NCBI RefSeq assembly: GCF_009914755.1
Contig: NC_060930.1
Length of the DNA stretch: 64,000 nucleotides
Strand: one strand, 5' to 3'
DNA from: the human T2T-CHM13v2.0 reference genome, Homo sapiens
Shown piece after piece: positions 1 to 19,699 of this stretch. The position numbers and the translations under genes were made by a program. Under the pieces are notes generated by a model. That model worked only from the letters and a program-made list of their open reading frames with translations. It did no database searches and was not told the DNA's origin. How positions within the stretch are numbered: the stretch's first letter is position 1; each line of letters opens with the position of its first letter.

Positions 1-82
1 CGATCCTCCCACCTCAAACTTTTAAGTAGCTGGGATCACAGGCATGAGCCACCACGCCCAGCTCAGATATTAAGATAGTTTA

Positions 83-443
<361 letters not shown>

Positions 444-586
444 CTAATGAAGTAAAATGGTTCAGAGGGTAAGATAATGGGTAAGTAAAGAGAGAAGGGG
501 CCTAGAAGGTAGGCCACAAGATAAATTCCAGACACTAAATATATATACTAGATTTTCAAAAGCTGTCTATTTTAATATCTATTAAA

Positions 587-970
<384 letters not shown>

Positions 971-3408
971 CTAAACATAAATATTGGGTTATCCACTGAA
1001 GCACTGTTTGCAAAAGACTGAAATTAAACAAATTATGGTACACCCATACAAATACTATGTAGCTGTTAACAAAAAAGGAATGAGAAAGCTTTTATATCCT
1101 GACATAAAACAAATTTGAACATATGCTGTTAAAAAAAAAAAAAAAGCAGGTTGCAGCACAGTATGTTATCCATTTTGTTAGGAGAGAAAGAAGAGAGAGA
1201 GAGGAAAAAAATTATTTTTCCTGTTTTGATAGAGTATCTTTGGAATACCCAAGAAACTAGTAATATTGGTTGCATCTGACAAGCAGAATCTCAGTGACTG
1301 AGATATAGCAGTCAAAAGAAGACTTCTTGAAATAACTTTTTCCATCTTTAGGGTTTTTGAACCTTATGAATGTATTTTTTCAAAGTTCAAGTATTTTAAA
1401 AGAGTTGGCTCTGTTGTTTCACAGCTTTTCACGATCAAAAAACAACTGTAGCTTTTCTAACAGTTACCTGCTAATGAGAATCATGAAGCGCTCAGCCAAA
1501 GCTTGGAAGAATTTAAATGTCCTCCTCCAATTTAACAAATCTCTACCAACCACACAACACATAAGTAAGATCTGCTGTGTCATTCCTTCTAATTTCCCAG
1601 GATAAAAAGGCAATGACCTCTCACATCCACACAGAAGCAAGGACACGACAAGAGAGCTGGCCTCATCAAGGCATCCAGTGCCACATACCAACTTCACAGT
1701 CCCAGAACCCCTCATTGCCAGAAATGACTCCCAAGCCCAAACAGCTTGTGCAGGAGAGGAGAATCAAAGCACAAGGCACATTTGCTCACTCAACCTCCTT
1801 GGAGAATACTTCAAGGACATCTTTTTTTGTTGTTGTTTATCATGTCCTATTTTAGCCATTACCAGTTATCTGCCAAATGTAATAGGTAGATATATACAAG
1901 TCACCTCTCATCTCTGTTGGGTAAACAGTAATTTCCAGGCAGAGAGAGAGTCACAATATTTTGAATACAAAAGAGCAGTGGTAAGCATGTGGACAGCCTG
2001 GAGCAGATAGCAGGACAAGCACAATCGTGGACTTCTAGAGGACAAAGACCTCTCTAATAATAGGGTTCCAACCACATGAAGCACTTACTTGATGATACTT
2101 CATTCTCTTCTTCCTAGAAATAAAATAAGCATTCCTGTGGGATGTGGGAGAACCCCACAAAGGAGGAGTTACACAGTCACAATAACACTGAGCCCCTGTC
2201 CCTATCAGAACACACCAAAACTTAGAAGTCCATGAAAAGACACATAAGCCTGGAACCCAAATATTTGGGAAATAATAACAGGCCATCCTCTTATATAGTT
2301 CCTTGGCTGTGAAAGAAGAAAAACCTTAAATACATAAAAAGCAGCCATTAGTTCCCAAAAATATTCCTTTCCAAAATCGAAACGGAAAGATGAAATATGC
2401 CAGCAAGGAGCAGGGGCCAGAATAAGAAAGCCCACCTCCAGGGGCTCTGTCCAAGTGTCTCAGAGTGGTTCACACAATGCTAATGCTAGCCTGCTCTAAC
2501 TCCAGTCCCTGCCCACTGCAAAGTGACAAAGATAAGACAATGTATGCTGAAGTCTCAAATCAGCTTCAAGCACTAAGAATACAGCTGAAAGGTGGAGAGG
2601 GAAAAGCACAAGAGTTTTGGTTCCATTTCTGCAAGTTTGAGCATGCCCCTTTTTCTTGGCAAGTTGGCTTTTTCACCTGTAAAATGAGAATCACCCTATC
2701 TATGATCTCACACAACCCTCTAAAAGTTCTCCATCCTATAAGTCCATATAATCTCTCAATAACATAAAAAATATCAGCACCAGAATACCACCTTCTGGGT
2801 TATTCCTCTAGAGATGGGATGTCAAGGTGGTTTAGACCATGTAAAAACCCAAATAAGCAGGTGGCAGCTGAGGAGGCTTTCAATCCCCAGAATCCCTGAA
2901 AGACCTTTTGACATCCAAAAAACGATGACCAGATGATAAGCAACAGCCCCTTTCCCACAGAGTCCACGGCAGGACAGACACTAGTAGGCAGAGTACACCA
3001 GCCAGTTGTCTTCACCCAAATCCCCATCAATCCTCACTCACCCTAGCCCTGGCCACTGACTGTCTCAGATGGACTATTTATTTGCCCTTGATTTTATTAT
3101 ACCCACCTAGAAATCAGGAGACCTGGGGACCTGATAAAATATTAGCAGCCCAATGTAGATCACAGCTGTGCTATGACCTAACCAAGTGTCTTTGGGGGAA
3201 TCCTATAACCTCCCTGGGCCCGCCTCTTCATCTACTAAACCAAGGCGGTTTGACTAGATGAGAGAAGCTCTTGTGCAGATGGAGCAGTCTGTGTCTATGC
3301 CTCCCATGGAGACAGAACCAAAGACATAGCATGTAAACTTGGCCATGTAAGGCAGCACAAGGTCAGGTGAGCAGGCTACCTCTGTAGAGTCCCTACTAAC
3401 GAGGCTCA

Positions 3409-3570
<162 letters not shown>

Positions 3571-4259
3571 CTAAAAAGAAGAAAACAAAACATGTCAAAT
3601 ACAGAAAAACATAAAATCTGACTAAATGCAGATTTAGGGAAAAGCATTTTCTGGATGACTACAACAAACTGATTTCTCATTTCATGCTGACAAAATGTGT
3701 GCACAGCACCTTGGCACAATGACTGACAGAGAATGGATGCTCCATAAATGTTTAATAAATAAATAACTGAACAAAGACATATCCATGTCACTCAGGCTCC
3801 TTCTCTAAACTGTAACTGAAGAACAAGTAAGCACAGGAAAGCTTTCCTTAAAATGATCATCTAAATGGTTTTCCACAGTGGGTTTCCTCCCCATGAGGAA
3901 TCGGGCTGAGACCTCTAGGCTTTCCCTACTAAGGTTTGAATAAAGCCCAGAGGCACTAGAAAAGAGGTTTTCACCAAATTCAAAAATGTTTTGGGGACAA
4001 TAAGTCACCAAAATATGATCTTAGACAAGAAGCCCAATCACAATTTTTTTTTCTGGCTCTGACAGGAATAAAGTGGCTTTAAAGGGAAAACAAAGTGCAA
4101 AGTTCCTTATACATCACGGCTGAATCTTTCCCTATGGTTATGGCAAATACAAAGCCATCTCATCTATTACAGGGCAATACCCTCCAAATGAAGATGAGTA
4201 CAAATCTTACACCAAGAGGGTTCATGACCACTCTACTGCCACTTATAAATGTTATTCTT

Positions 4260-4387
4260 TGTTTATTTAATTGAGAAAGGGTCTTGCTATGTTGCCCAGG
4301 TTGGTTTTGAACTCCTGGTCTCAAGCAATCCTCTCACCTCAGCCTCCCAAAGTGCTAGGATTACAGGCGTGAGCCACTGTGCCTGGC
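4260..4387 (-). mobile_element. Alu monomer (FLAM-like)
   Basis: Single left-arm-type monomer. Confidence 0.8.
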
Positions 4388-5341
4388 TGTAATTGTTATT
4401 CTTTATGTCAAAGGTAGGGTAGGCCATTACGGAAACAGCAAACGAGCTGAGGTTCTCCATGATACCTCAATGACCTGCCCAACCAAACCTTCATCAGATG
4501 GGAGCAATGTGAGGTAGCAGAGGGTCAGCCAGTACCACAGTGCTGCCCTCTCCACAACTACCCACAACTGCGAGGTGAGCTCAGACTTCTTTGCCATTGA
4601 GCTTACACTCAGTATGATATAAGCTACTACCATGGCGTGAGGCTGAAAAATGCAATGGAAACCCCCTACAACAGCACTTACTAGTTGCATTATTTTTGTT
4701 TTGTTGTTTTTTTTAGTTATGTTATTTTTGTCAGGCTACCTCTTTCAGCCCATTTCCTGTAGAATGGTGGTACCACCACCTAGCTTGCAGGATTGTTGGA
4801 AGGATTAAATGAGAATGAATACAAAATGCCTCACACATAGAAAGTATTCTATCAATACTTGTCCAGTGCTAAAAGTGAAACTTACTGAGGAAAGACTGAG
4901 ACAATACCAATTCAGTTTAAGAATGTGGAAAGAAAGAAAAAACTAAGCAGTTGCCTAGGCAAAGCTTCCCACTGGGTGTGCCAGGATGGCTTACTGGGTG
5001 AGTGACCCTATAGATTATCGTCTAACCCAGAAAACCTGTGAGAGCTAAAGGATTCATCATTAATAATTACCCTAGGACTACAGATATAAAGAGAGTCAAG
5101 CTTACTCTAGAATTGGTGTGATGAGATATTGACTCCCCTTAGCCCTCAGCATAGCCAGGCAAAGCCAGGGCTGGTAGAAGTCTCCAGATAGGCTGGTCTT
5201 AGAGGAGTAGGGCTTGGTTTGTTCATCTCTATTACCCAAGGCAGCCTCTACATGCTGTTCAAATACTATCATTTTCTATGTCTGTCATGGCATGAAAGAT
5301 GTTGAGATGCACTGGTTTATGCAACTAACTTAAAAAGAAGA

Positions 5342-5480
5342 GGCCAGGCACACTGGCTCACACCTATAATCCCAACACTTTGGGAGACCAAGGTGGGAGG
5401 ATTGCTTGAGGCTAGGAGTTCAAGAGTAGCTTAGGCAACACAGCAAGACTCTGTCTCTACAAAACAAGAAAAAGAAAAAA
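5342..5480 (+). mobile_element. Alu monomer (FLAM-like)
   Basis: Single monomer with A-rich tail. Confidence 0.8.
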
Positions 5481-6532
5481 GCTGTTTGAAGAATTATGTG
5501 GCTAAATGCCAGAAGCACTGAGAATGTCCCAAGCTTACTGTGGATCCAGTAAATGACAATCACAGAAGATCTGTTCAAATACTTTTCCCTAAGGTCTGGC
5601 TTCATAGACTGCAATTAAAACATTCTGGTAATTGTTTAGGGTATTAAAGAAGGAACAGAAATGGTCACAACTGCCACATCTGTAACTCTTCACAGCATGT
5701 GGCTCTGTAAAGTGAAACTTTTGGTCTGTAATAGCAGAATTTTAATATTCTGCTATAAGAGGTCTGTGTTATTCCCCCCCTACCCAGGCCACTATAGGAG
5801 AGAAAGTAAACCAAAGCAGGTAGGAGAGTCAGAAGCATGACAATGAGGCTTTAACTACGTGCACAATCAGAAAGACATTGAAAACTACTTAAAAGGTTTT
5901 CACATGAGATTACCACTATCATCTTTCAAGTAGGAGGAAAAGAGAATGAAGAGAGCTGTGCCTGTTTTACTCTCCGAGGACAACTCTGAAGGTTAACTTG
6001 TAAGAGGTCTCACTGGAGTACAAACTGAAATCTTACAGAAAACTTAAACTTACATTTTAAAGCACTGGAAAATCTGGGTTTTGTGAAAGAGAAAGAAGAG
6101 ACAAGGGACAGCTAAGAGCCCTTTCTCCACAAAGTACCCTGTGGACACTGTTTCTGGCTACTGTCTGAATCAAATGAAAATAAAGAACACCACAGTGCAG
6201 CGCTTGGTTTGTTCATTTCTATTACCCATAATATTTCATAAGAATTGAGTCGTGGTCTCCTCCATCATAGCTCTTTGTTACGACCTCTAAGTACTTAGTA
6301 CACAGAATTCAAGAGACCAAAGTCCTAAGTTTCATCCCCATAAAAGGTCCCAAATTAATATCTGGAATAAATAAAATGCTAAAGATAATTATCAAGCCAG
6401 TCATCTCACAAACGTGGGTCAGCGTTGGTCGGACTGACACAGCGACTCACAGCCTTTTTACCACTGAGGAACTTTCTACTGCCTTGTTCCAGAGTCTCAA
6501 GTATTTTGCTTAATTTAAAAAAATAGAATTTG

Positions 6533-6822
6533 TTTTTTTTTTGAGACAACGTCTTCCTCTGTTGCCCAGGCTGCAGTACAGTGGCACGATCATGGCTCAC
6601 ACCCTCTGTCTCCCAGACTCAAACCATCCTCTGGCCTCAGCCTCCTGAGCAGCTGAACTACAGGTATACACCAACATACCTGGCAAATTTTTTTATTGTT
6701 TTGTAGAGATAAGCTCTCACTATGTTGCCCAGGCTGGTTTTAAACTTCTCAGACTTAAGCAATCCTCCCATCTCCACCTCCCAAAATGATGGGATTACAG
6801 GCATAAGACACCGTGCCCAGCC
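6533..6822 (-). mobile_element. AluJ-like
   Basis: Diverged dimer. Confidence 0.85.
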
Positions 6823-7479
6823 TATCTTTATTTTTTCTATCATGTATTCCATTTTAACATCAATTCATATTTTAAACCAATGATCTATAATTACCACCAG
6901 TTTATCCCATGAAATTATAAAAGCCTCTCTCCCCACTGTGATGACAACAGGCTACGAGGTAAAGTAGAGAGCAGACGCTCAAGCTCTGCTATTAGTCTTG
7001 TAACTGAGGCTCATCTGCCCTAGTCTCCAAGGCCCGCCACTCACCGATGTGTGCAATTTGGGTGAGATGTATTCAGTTTTGAGCTCCATACAGCCCTGGT
7101 AAAAGTGGCCCTGTTTCTGAGTCAGGCTGACTAACCAAGTCCCAGAAACTCCCATCATGACATTAATAGCTGGAGTTTCAAATTTACACGGAATACACAG
7201 TGTTAGAACAAGTTGATACAATCCCAGCAGAGGCATGAGTGGAGGCTTACTCAAGTAAAAGTACAACTTGTTTTACTCATAGACCTCTAAATGTCTGAAA
7301 GCCCCAGTCTGGGAATCACTGGTCTATCCCAATACAATGAAAACAGCAGCTGTAAGTTTTCATCTTTATATACAAGAGACTTTAAGTGTTAAGACATGAA
7401 ACAGAGAGAGGGTCATCAGGTAGAGACAAGAAGGAAGCACAGACAGTACATCAGATGTAATCAAGAGAGGCAATAAGTA

Positions 7480-7730
7480 ATAATAAAGGCAACATTTAAT
7501 AAGGGCTTTTTATGTACTAGGCATTATGCCATGTCTCCATATGGACTACTTCATTTGATCCTTACAACAATGCAGTAAGGTAGATCTATTAACAGCCTCA
7601 TTTTACAGGGGAAGACATTGGGGCTTAGAGACATTCAGTAACTTGCACAGGGTTACACAGCTACTAAGTAGAGGTCAGATTTTGAAGCCAGTCACTGTGA
7701 CTGCAGAGTCCATGCTTGCAACCACCGTGC
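7480..7730 (-). mobile_element. MIR
   Basis: MIR core (cctcattttacaggggaagacattggggcttagaga…taacttgcacagggttacacagcta). Confidence 0.7.
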
Positions 7731-7762
7731 TATGCGGCCTCCAAGAGAAGAGAAACTGGCTA

Positions 7763-8188
<426 letters not shown>

Positions 8189-8962
8189 TCATTCACTGGA
8201 TCTATGACTTTTCTCCAAGGTAAGTTTAATGTGACTAATTTTTGTCATAAAATCATTTCATTTTCTAGTACTTTAGAATGGCTTCAGCAAGTAGTTCTGA
8301 AAAGAGAGTGGTTTTGGCTCACTACAATGCACAGAATAGCCCCTCACAAGCTAAAAAATTTTCCAGCCCAAAATGTCGATAGTTGAGAAACTAAGGTTGC
8401 CAAGGTTGAGAAAGTCTGACTTAATTAAGCTTTGTAAAAAACTGCAAAGCTTTCCATTCTCTATAAAGTATTCTTTAGTGCACATGGATACTTGAAAGTA
8501 AAGTATGAGATTTTCACCTACAAGAATGATTTGCTTTTATTCTCTTTACAGTCAGAAATGCTCATGGAAGCATCCTCTTCACCTTCTGAAATTTTCTATC
8601 ATTTGGTTTCAGGTACAGCATCAGGACAATGCAAAAGGAGAAATGAACAGCCTGTTCTAACATGCCAAAAAAATTCAGCCATAATGGAATCCACAGAAAC
8701 TGACAGATATTCAACTTCTTACATCTAAACTAAAACTTCTGTAATCACTATATTCTATTGAAAAGGGATAAAAATAAGCTTTGAAATAATTTTGAAAACA
8801 AAGATCTATATAGAGAATACATGCAAATAAACTGAGCAAATCAGTTGATGAATTCCTTTTTGGTAAATCTTTTCTCCCAAATTCATCTGGATGATGTCAA
8901 ACATTAAAGTTCCTAAAACCACTTTGGCCAACTTTGTGGATCTTGAGTATCTTATAGAACTA

Positions 8963-9832
<870 letters not shown>

Positions 9833-10507
9833 TTAAAATCTAAGGATATGAAATGCAGGAGCATGATGACCTTAATAGATGACCATTCTTTTCACTAAAA
9901 AAGTGTCTACTTCATTTCCAAGTTTTGAATGAACAAATCTGAGGATACTTAACTTAAAGAAAACTTAAGGGCAGCCTGGTATTATAGAACAGGCATTGTC
10001 TGAGAAAGAAATCTGGAGACCAGGTTGTGGATCCAGCTCTCCCAACAAATGACTGGTGGCATGACCTCAAGTATGCAAAAACTCATAACTCCTCTGCCCT
10101 TCACTTTCTCAACTACAGCATCATAGGGTTGGACTGAAGGATTTCAAAGCCCCTTCTTGCTATAAAACTCTAAGATTCAAATATCTAAAAAGCTGCTATT
10201 TGGAAGGAGGAACATATTTATCCTAGGTAGACTGAGAGGTCAAACTCCAGGCAGAAATTACAAAGATCAATTTTAACTAAAGCTATCAAAGAAAAGAAGT
10301 AGTAACGGCATGCATTTATAAGTCACGAAGTTCCCCCTACTAGAAAAGTACAAGCGAAAGGAGCAAGACCACTTGCCAGGAAGAGATGCCAAGGAGGGAA
10401 GCATAGCACCGCTTTGGGAGCCTAGACTGAGTGTCCTCTAGCCTTCCGTCTGTCAAGTTCTCCTACTCTCTGGTGACAAATTCCAGACATGTATAAAACT
10501 TAAGGTA

Positions 10508-10820
10508 GGCCAGGTGCAGTGGCTCATGCCTGTAATCCCAGCACTTTGGGAGACCAAGGAAGGCGGATCACCTGAGGCCAGGGGTTCAAGACCAGCCCGG
10601 CCAACATGGTGAAACTATCTCCACAAAAAAAAAATTGAAAAATTAGCCGGGTGTGATGGTGGGTGCCTGTAATCCCAGCTACTCAGGAGGCTGAGGCACA
10701 AGAATCACTTGAATCCAGGAGGCAGAGGTTGTGCCAAGATCACGCCATTGCACTCCAGCCTGGGCAACAGAGTGAGACTTCATCTCAAACAAAAACAAAT
10801 ACAAAAAAACAAAACAAAAC
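10508..10820 (+). mobile_element. AluS
   Basis: Dimer; CTTAAGGTA duplicated on both flanks. Confidence 0.88.
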
Positions 10821-10906
10821 CCCTTAAGGTAGATAGAGGGGAATGGGTAGAACTTGGCCCCAGTATCATGTTGCTATTCCTAGAAGCATCAGAAGATACA
10901 AGATCG

Positions 10907-11224
<318 letters not shown>

Positions 11225-12578
11225 CTAAACTACTGCTTTCTAGAAGCCAGATCTCAGACACCTGTCATGTCGTCACTCTCAAGGCGCCCAAAGAGGCTTA
11301 GGCCCTGACACACAGACAAGACGGTAGCTGACAAAATCTCTGAAAGGGACAATGTTAGTCCTTAAACATGCCAGGCATGTTCCGGACATGGGAGCTTTAG
11401 GTTGCTGTTCTTTCCAGCTGGAACAATTGTTCTCCTAGATTCCCTCAATAATTAAATAAATATTATTAAGCACCTACTACATGCTACTACACTCTTCCAG
11501 CTGGAGGGATACAGCAGGGAGCAACACACAAACACACAAATCCCATTCATTTGACTTGCTCACTAAAGCCTCCACTCAAATGTTGCTTCCTCAGTGAGGC
11601 ATTCTTTAACCTTGCTATTTATAACAGCCTCCTCCCTATCTATTCCCTTTCATTTTTTTTCAGAGCACCTACCACTAAAACCGCCTAAACAAGAATGTAA
11701 GCTCCATGAAAGTGGGCATTTGTCTGGTTCACCACTGTAGCTGGTGTTTGGAACCCTGCCTGGCAAGAGTAGAAGCTCCCTGAACAGTTGAAGGAATGAT
11801 GAGTTGGCTGGCTGCTGCTGGGTGCACCACCAAACTACTGCTAGAAGTTGGTGGCACTGGCTGAGAAAGGCTGGGCGGTGTCAGATAAGGACTCCCTTTT
11901 TTTTCTTTTTTCTTTCTCTTTAAAAATATACTTCTACTCAATGTGGTCAAGAGTAGTTGACTTCTGAAAACTAATCAAAAAAGGGAAAACCTTTTAAACA
12001 GAAGCAGTAAAATAGCTTTCCAAATACTCCTCATTTCTGCTCTCAGCTTCAGCTTGGTCTTGGCTGGATAAAGGTCAGATGAATAAGCTGGAGTCACAGT
12101 CAGAATCAACATGACCCAAGAGAATTCCTGAATGCATTCCTGCTTGGTACCTCAGGCCAAACCACAGCCTGGCATTCAGACACACTGGGAACATCCACAG
12201 TGCTCCCATTACCAAGATTTAGACTTACACTGTTTCTCTTAAGCCTTTTTTAAGCCAAAACACGAAAGTATGTTTTGGGCTAATCATGTATTTCATGAAC
12301 TACTCTATATTCTTCCTGTGGTGACAGATGCCACAGAAGGGAACACATTTCCAATTTTGTCTTCAGGCCTCTTACAAACCAGCATGCTAACTTAAAAATT
12401 AGCAAAGACCATGTAAGCAAAATAACTTCCTCAGTGCCTATCCACATGCTGTTACTGTGTTGTATTAACATCTGGAATTAAAACAGAAGCCAACCTAAGT
12501 AACTTCTAGTGACATGGAATGTTTTCATAGATCCTTCTCAAGATTCCAACATGATTGTAAAGCCACCAAGCCATCTCA

Positions 12579-12878
<300 letters not shown>

Positions 12879-13113
12879 CTAATCTCTAGAGAACTTTAAG
12901 TACGTCATCTTAACCAGAACTATAGGAAGCCATCTGTCAGAGACTAGTAAAAATGGTCAAACTTTTGTTCAGTAAGAAAATCCCAAGAAAGAGATCTCAT
13001 TTTCCCTACATGAGACAGCCAGCCACCTTATTGTCATGAAGTTATAACTAATCCACTTAGAGAGGGACTCAGTGCCTCAACAGTAACAGAAAAGACAGGA
13101 GTTGAAAGCCTCA

Positions 13114-13417
<304 letters not shown>

Positions 13418-14701
13418 GCCTCAAATTTAGCACTTTCAAGGATAGCAAAGTTAAATGGCCCAAAAATAGTATGTCTTCAGAAAAATGACTATTTAAAATG
13501 TATACAGAACATTAAAATGCCACATATCTTCATTTGCATCTCTAATAAGTGTTAACACAATATTGAATCAGAAAGCGTGTCAAAGTAATGAGCTATTAAG
13601 TAATAGGTAACATATGAAAAGGTTCTCTTAAAAAGAAGGGGAAGAAACTATAATCATTTTTTCTTAAAAACTTGGATCAGGTCCTCTCCCTTGGAGTAAG
13701 AAAACCTAAATAAATGTTACCCAGGTTTTAAAATGCAGATGCCTTATATTTTAAAATAATAAAGAATAACTAGATTTAAATTAAAAGGAGAGCTAAATTC
13801 TAATGTTATTCAGAATTAAGTATCCAGAAAGCATTCTGCTCCAAAATTGCTAAAATTCTTTTCTATAATGTTAATTTCATAGACTTAAAAGGGGGCTATT
13901 TTCAGCTAATTTGAGAATAGCCACTTGAAGATTACTAAGAAATTTTTGTGCAGATAATTATAGATCATAAGAGATCACTTGTTTTCTCAATCTTGTCCTA
14001 AGTATCAATTTCCTGAACTTCCTTAATATAAGATATAAAGGCTCACTAGAATACAAGGGATCTGTGTTTGTCTGGTTCACTATTGAATCCCTACTCCATG
14101 GCACACAAAGGTGCTTAGTAAATTTCTGTTAAATACAAAATGTAAATAAAGGGTTTTTAACTTATTCATAATCTTACCCAATTTCTCACTTTTAAAAAGC
14201 AACATTGACCAAAGACTTATATATCCTGAAAATCTGTGGGGAATTGAAATATTTAGGAGTGATATGATATACAATTTATTGTTTATGGGCTGCAAACAGA
14301 GACACTTGAGTGTAATGATACGTTGCTTTTCACAGCAAGTCCCAAATCAAATTCAAATATGTGAAGAATATAATCCAAGATGAATAGCTCATTGTGACCA
14401 TCCTTTCTCTATACCTATATTAAAAAAGAAACTATTGAGGAAAAAGAAAAGTATGTTCTAAGCACCCACATTTAATACATGTTTTTCTTTAAACAGTATT
14501 AAATCCTCAGGAAGAATCTGTCACATGTTGAAACAGGTTTTTTTCCTCAAATTTCTGGTTTTTCCCCTCAAATTTCTAGTTTTTCCTTTCCCATTTAGAG
14601 CTATTTATTATCTTTGAACATTATGAAAATGTTTTAAAAACAGTTTTACTTAATAAAAATTTTTCATGTAATATAAAACACAACTATAGAAAACACCTAT
14701 A

Positions 14702-15022
14702 GACGGGGTGTGGTGGCTCATACCTGTAATCGCAGCACTTTGGGAGGCTGAAATGGATGGATCACTTGAGCTCAGGAGTCTGAGACCTGCCTAGGCAACG
14801 TAGTGAAACCCCGTCTCTACTAAAAATACAAAAAAGTAGCTGGGCCTGGTGATGCATGCCTGTGGTCCCAGCTACTCAGGAGGCTGAAGTGGGAGGATCG
14901 CTTGAGCCGGCGGGGGTGGAGGTTGCAGTAAGCCAAGGTCGTACCACTGCACTCCAGCCTGGGTGACAGAGTGAGATTCTGTCTCAAAAAACAAAAAACA
15001 AAAAAAGAAAGAAAGAAAGAAA
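14702..15022 (+). mobile_element. AluJ-like
   Basis: Dimer with (GAAA)n tail. Confidence 0.85.
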
Positions 15023-15269
15023 ACAGCTATAGGGTGAACACCACCCAGATAAAGAAGCAGCACACTGGAAGCTATGCCAAAAATTCTCCCATGTGCCCCA
15101 AACCACAGAAGCCCCTCCTACCCTTTCCCAAAATAATTATTCTGATTTTTATAGTAATCACCTCCTTGCATTTCAAAAAGTTTATCACCCAACAATGCAG
15201 TCTCTAGACACTATAGTCTTGTGCATTCTTAAAACGTGGTATCTTTTAAATCTCTTTTTTTATTATTTA

Positions 15270-15578
<309 letters not shown>

Positions 15579-15955
15579 TAAGTCTCTTTTAAATCATAGG
15601 CTCCTGTTCTATCCCTTTGCTTTCCTATAATTTATCTATGGAAGAATCTAGGCCATTTGATCTGTGGAGTTTCCCACAGTCTGGAATTTCTAACTGCACA
15701 CCCACGGGACAGTTCCACACGTCGCTCTGTCCTCTGTATTTTCTGCAACTCGGCAGATGGATCTGGAGACTAGATCTGATTCCATTTCAATCCCTTTAGC
15801 AAAACTATGGACAGTGTCTGGCAAAACTAGAGGAGGCACATCATGTCTGCTTGAGGCTCTCTTTATTATCTTAGCAGCTGTCAATGCTTAATACCCATAT
15901 CTGCTTATTGGTGGTTGCGAAATAGTGATCTTCTAATTCTACTTCTTTTATTTAA

Positions 15956-16272
<317 letters not shown>

Positions 16273-16796
16273 TGAATACTTTCACAAAATAACACTGCCC
16301 CTCATATCACTGCCCCTCACATATTATTTTGTCTGCTCAATTATACAGTTCATGTAGGAAAGGCAAGACAAATGCTTAACTGTTTTTCTTTATCAGTTTA
16401 TAAGATAATAAATTGGTTCCCTATCAAATTCCAAAAGTGACCTCTTTTGAAAAAAGTATCATGAACTCATGGATTTAAATATATTTAAAAGGTTTCAACC
16501 CATTGTAATGGTCATTATTACTGAAGCTCAAATTGTTACATCTTTGGGCATTTCTTCAAGTTAGCTCTTGAGTCTTTTGACATGACCTGACTAGTCTTTG
16601 ATATCTTCCTTGCTATTTAATATACTCCAGGTTAATTCTTTATATTTGTGCTCTAGATCTGAAATCAGCTACTTCTCTAAGCCCTGCCTTGTTTCAGTGA
16701 GAAATGATATTTCAAGTGATGGCTTTACATACACACATACACAAAATATCTCTTGAGTTCATATTGATACTTCCAATTCTAATTTGAGACTACAAA

Positions 16797-17060
16797 ATCC
16801 CAGCACTTTGGGAGGCTGAGGCAGGAAGGTTGCTTGAGGCCAGGAATTTGAGACCAGCCCAGGCAACACAGCAAGACCCCATCGCTACAAAAACGTGAAA
16901 AAATTAGCTGGGCATGGTGGCATGTGCCTGTAGTTCTACCTACTCAGGAGTTTGGGGTGAGAGGATCATTGAGCCCAGGAGGTTGAGGTTGCAGTGAGCT
17001 GTGATCATGTCACTGCATCTCAGCCTGGATGACAGAGCAACACACTGTCTCAAAAATAAT
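16797..17060 (+). mobile_element. AluJ-like, 5'-truncated
   Basis: Starts at AATCCCAGCAC. Confidence 0.82.
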
Positions 17061-17819
17061 GACAACTATTGCACTGTATTTACCTTATCAGAACATATGG
17101 CTGTTCCTACACTCTCTCCTTCTAAGCCCTCATTTAGTTTTGTTCTACAGGTAATTGTGTTGAACATTTACCACTAGTCCTTAAAATGTCTTCATAGTCA
17201 TTCCTAGTCAGAAGCTCATTATCTAGTAGATTCCTCAGAAAAGGATCAGAAGAACAATATTCCCCACGTTCTTCATGTTGATAACAGTCTGTATGTGTCC
17301 ATGATACCTGAAGGCCTGTTTTGTTGTATAAAAGATTCTTGGCGCACTCTTCCTTGAGTATCTTAAATATGTTACTCCATTTTTTTCTGCCAAAAGTGTT
17401 ACTGCCAAAAAGTCTCATGATAGTCTAATTTTATTTCTCTTATAAGTCACGTCATCTTTTTTCTTATATGGACACATAAGTAGCACATGTGCTATTTTGT
17501 CTAGATTTCCAAAGGATCTTATTTCTTTTTTCTTTAAAGGCCAGTAATTTCACTATAATTTTTCTCCACATTTTTATTAGTAATTTTCCTTAGTGTTGCT
17601 CAGTCTGGGTCCATGTCCTTAGAAAAGTGATGTGTCTATTCAATATGTAATTTCAAATCATTTAATTTCAGGACAGTAGGAAAGTTTCTTTAATTATTGT
17701 TTTAATATGGGTTCAATTCCCTTGCTTTGGTTTTCCCCTTCGAGGACTCCTAGTATCCATATATCAATTTTCCTTGCCTGTCATCAATATTTGATACTTT
17801 CTCTTGAATCTGTTTTTAT

Positions 17820-18112
17820 CTTTTTCTGTTTTTTTGAGATAGGTCTCACTCTGTCCAGGCTGAAGTGCAGTGGTGTGATCACAGCTCACTGCAGCCTCGA
17901 CCTCCTGGGCTCAAGTGATCCTCACACCTCAGCCTCTCCATAGCTGGGATTACAGGTATGAGCCACCATGCCCAGCTAATTTTTGTATTTTTTGTAGAGA
18001 CGAGGTTTTGCCATGTTGCCCAGGCTGGTCCTGAATCGCTGAGCTCAAGCAATCTGCCCTCCTCAGCCTAGCAAAGTGCTGGGATTACAGGGTGAGCCAC
18101 TGTGCCCAGCCT
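17820..18112 (-). mobile_element. AluJ-like
   Basis: Reverse dimer. Confidence 0.85.
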
Positions 18113-18161
18113 ATCTTTTTGTTTCTTTTGTAATTTGAATTTTTTTCTGCATTTTGTTTCT

Positions 18162-19389
<1,228 letters not shown>

Positions 19390-19699
19390 TTATGTGTTGT
19401 GTTTACTTGCTATTGAGTTCCTCTTAGTTTAGTCTTCTATTACTAAATGATTTTTTCATTTAGTTTTACTTTTTTCCTGATTTTTTCCTATTCTGATTTA
19501 TTTTGTTTTTTTCACATCTTGTATTATATTTTTAATGTCTTTTAACTTGCTTTGAAATAGTAGGTGACATTTCAGGCTGTTCTGTAGGCATGTATTCTGA
19601 TGTGCTTTTATTATAGGGCATGTTATTCTATACCTTATTTTCCCTTTCCTTATAATAGCTTTGTATGGGATTTAACCTTGATGCTTTTCTATTACTTTT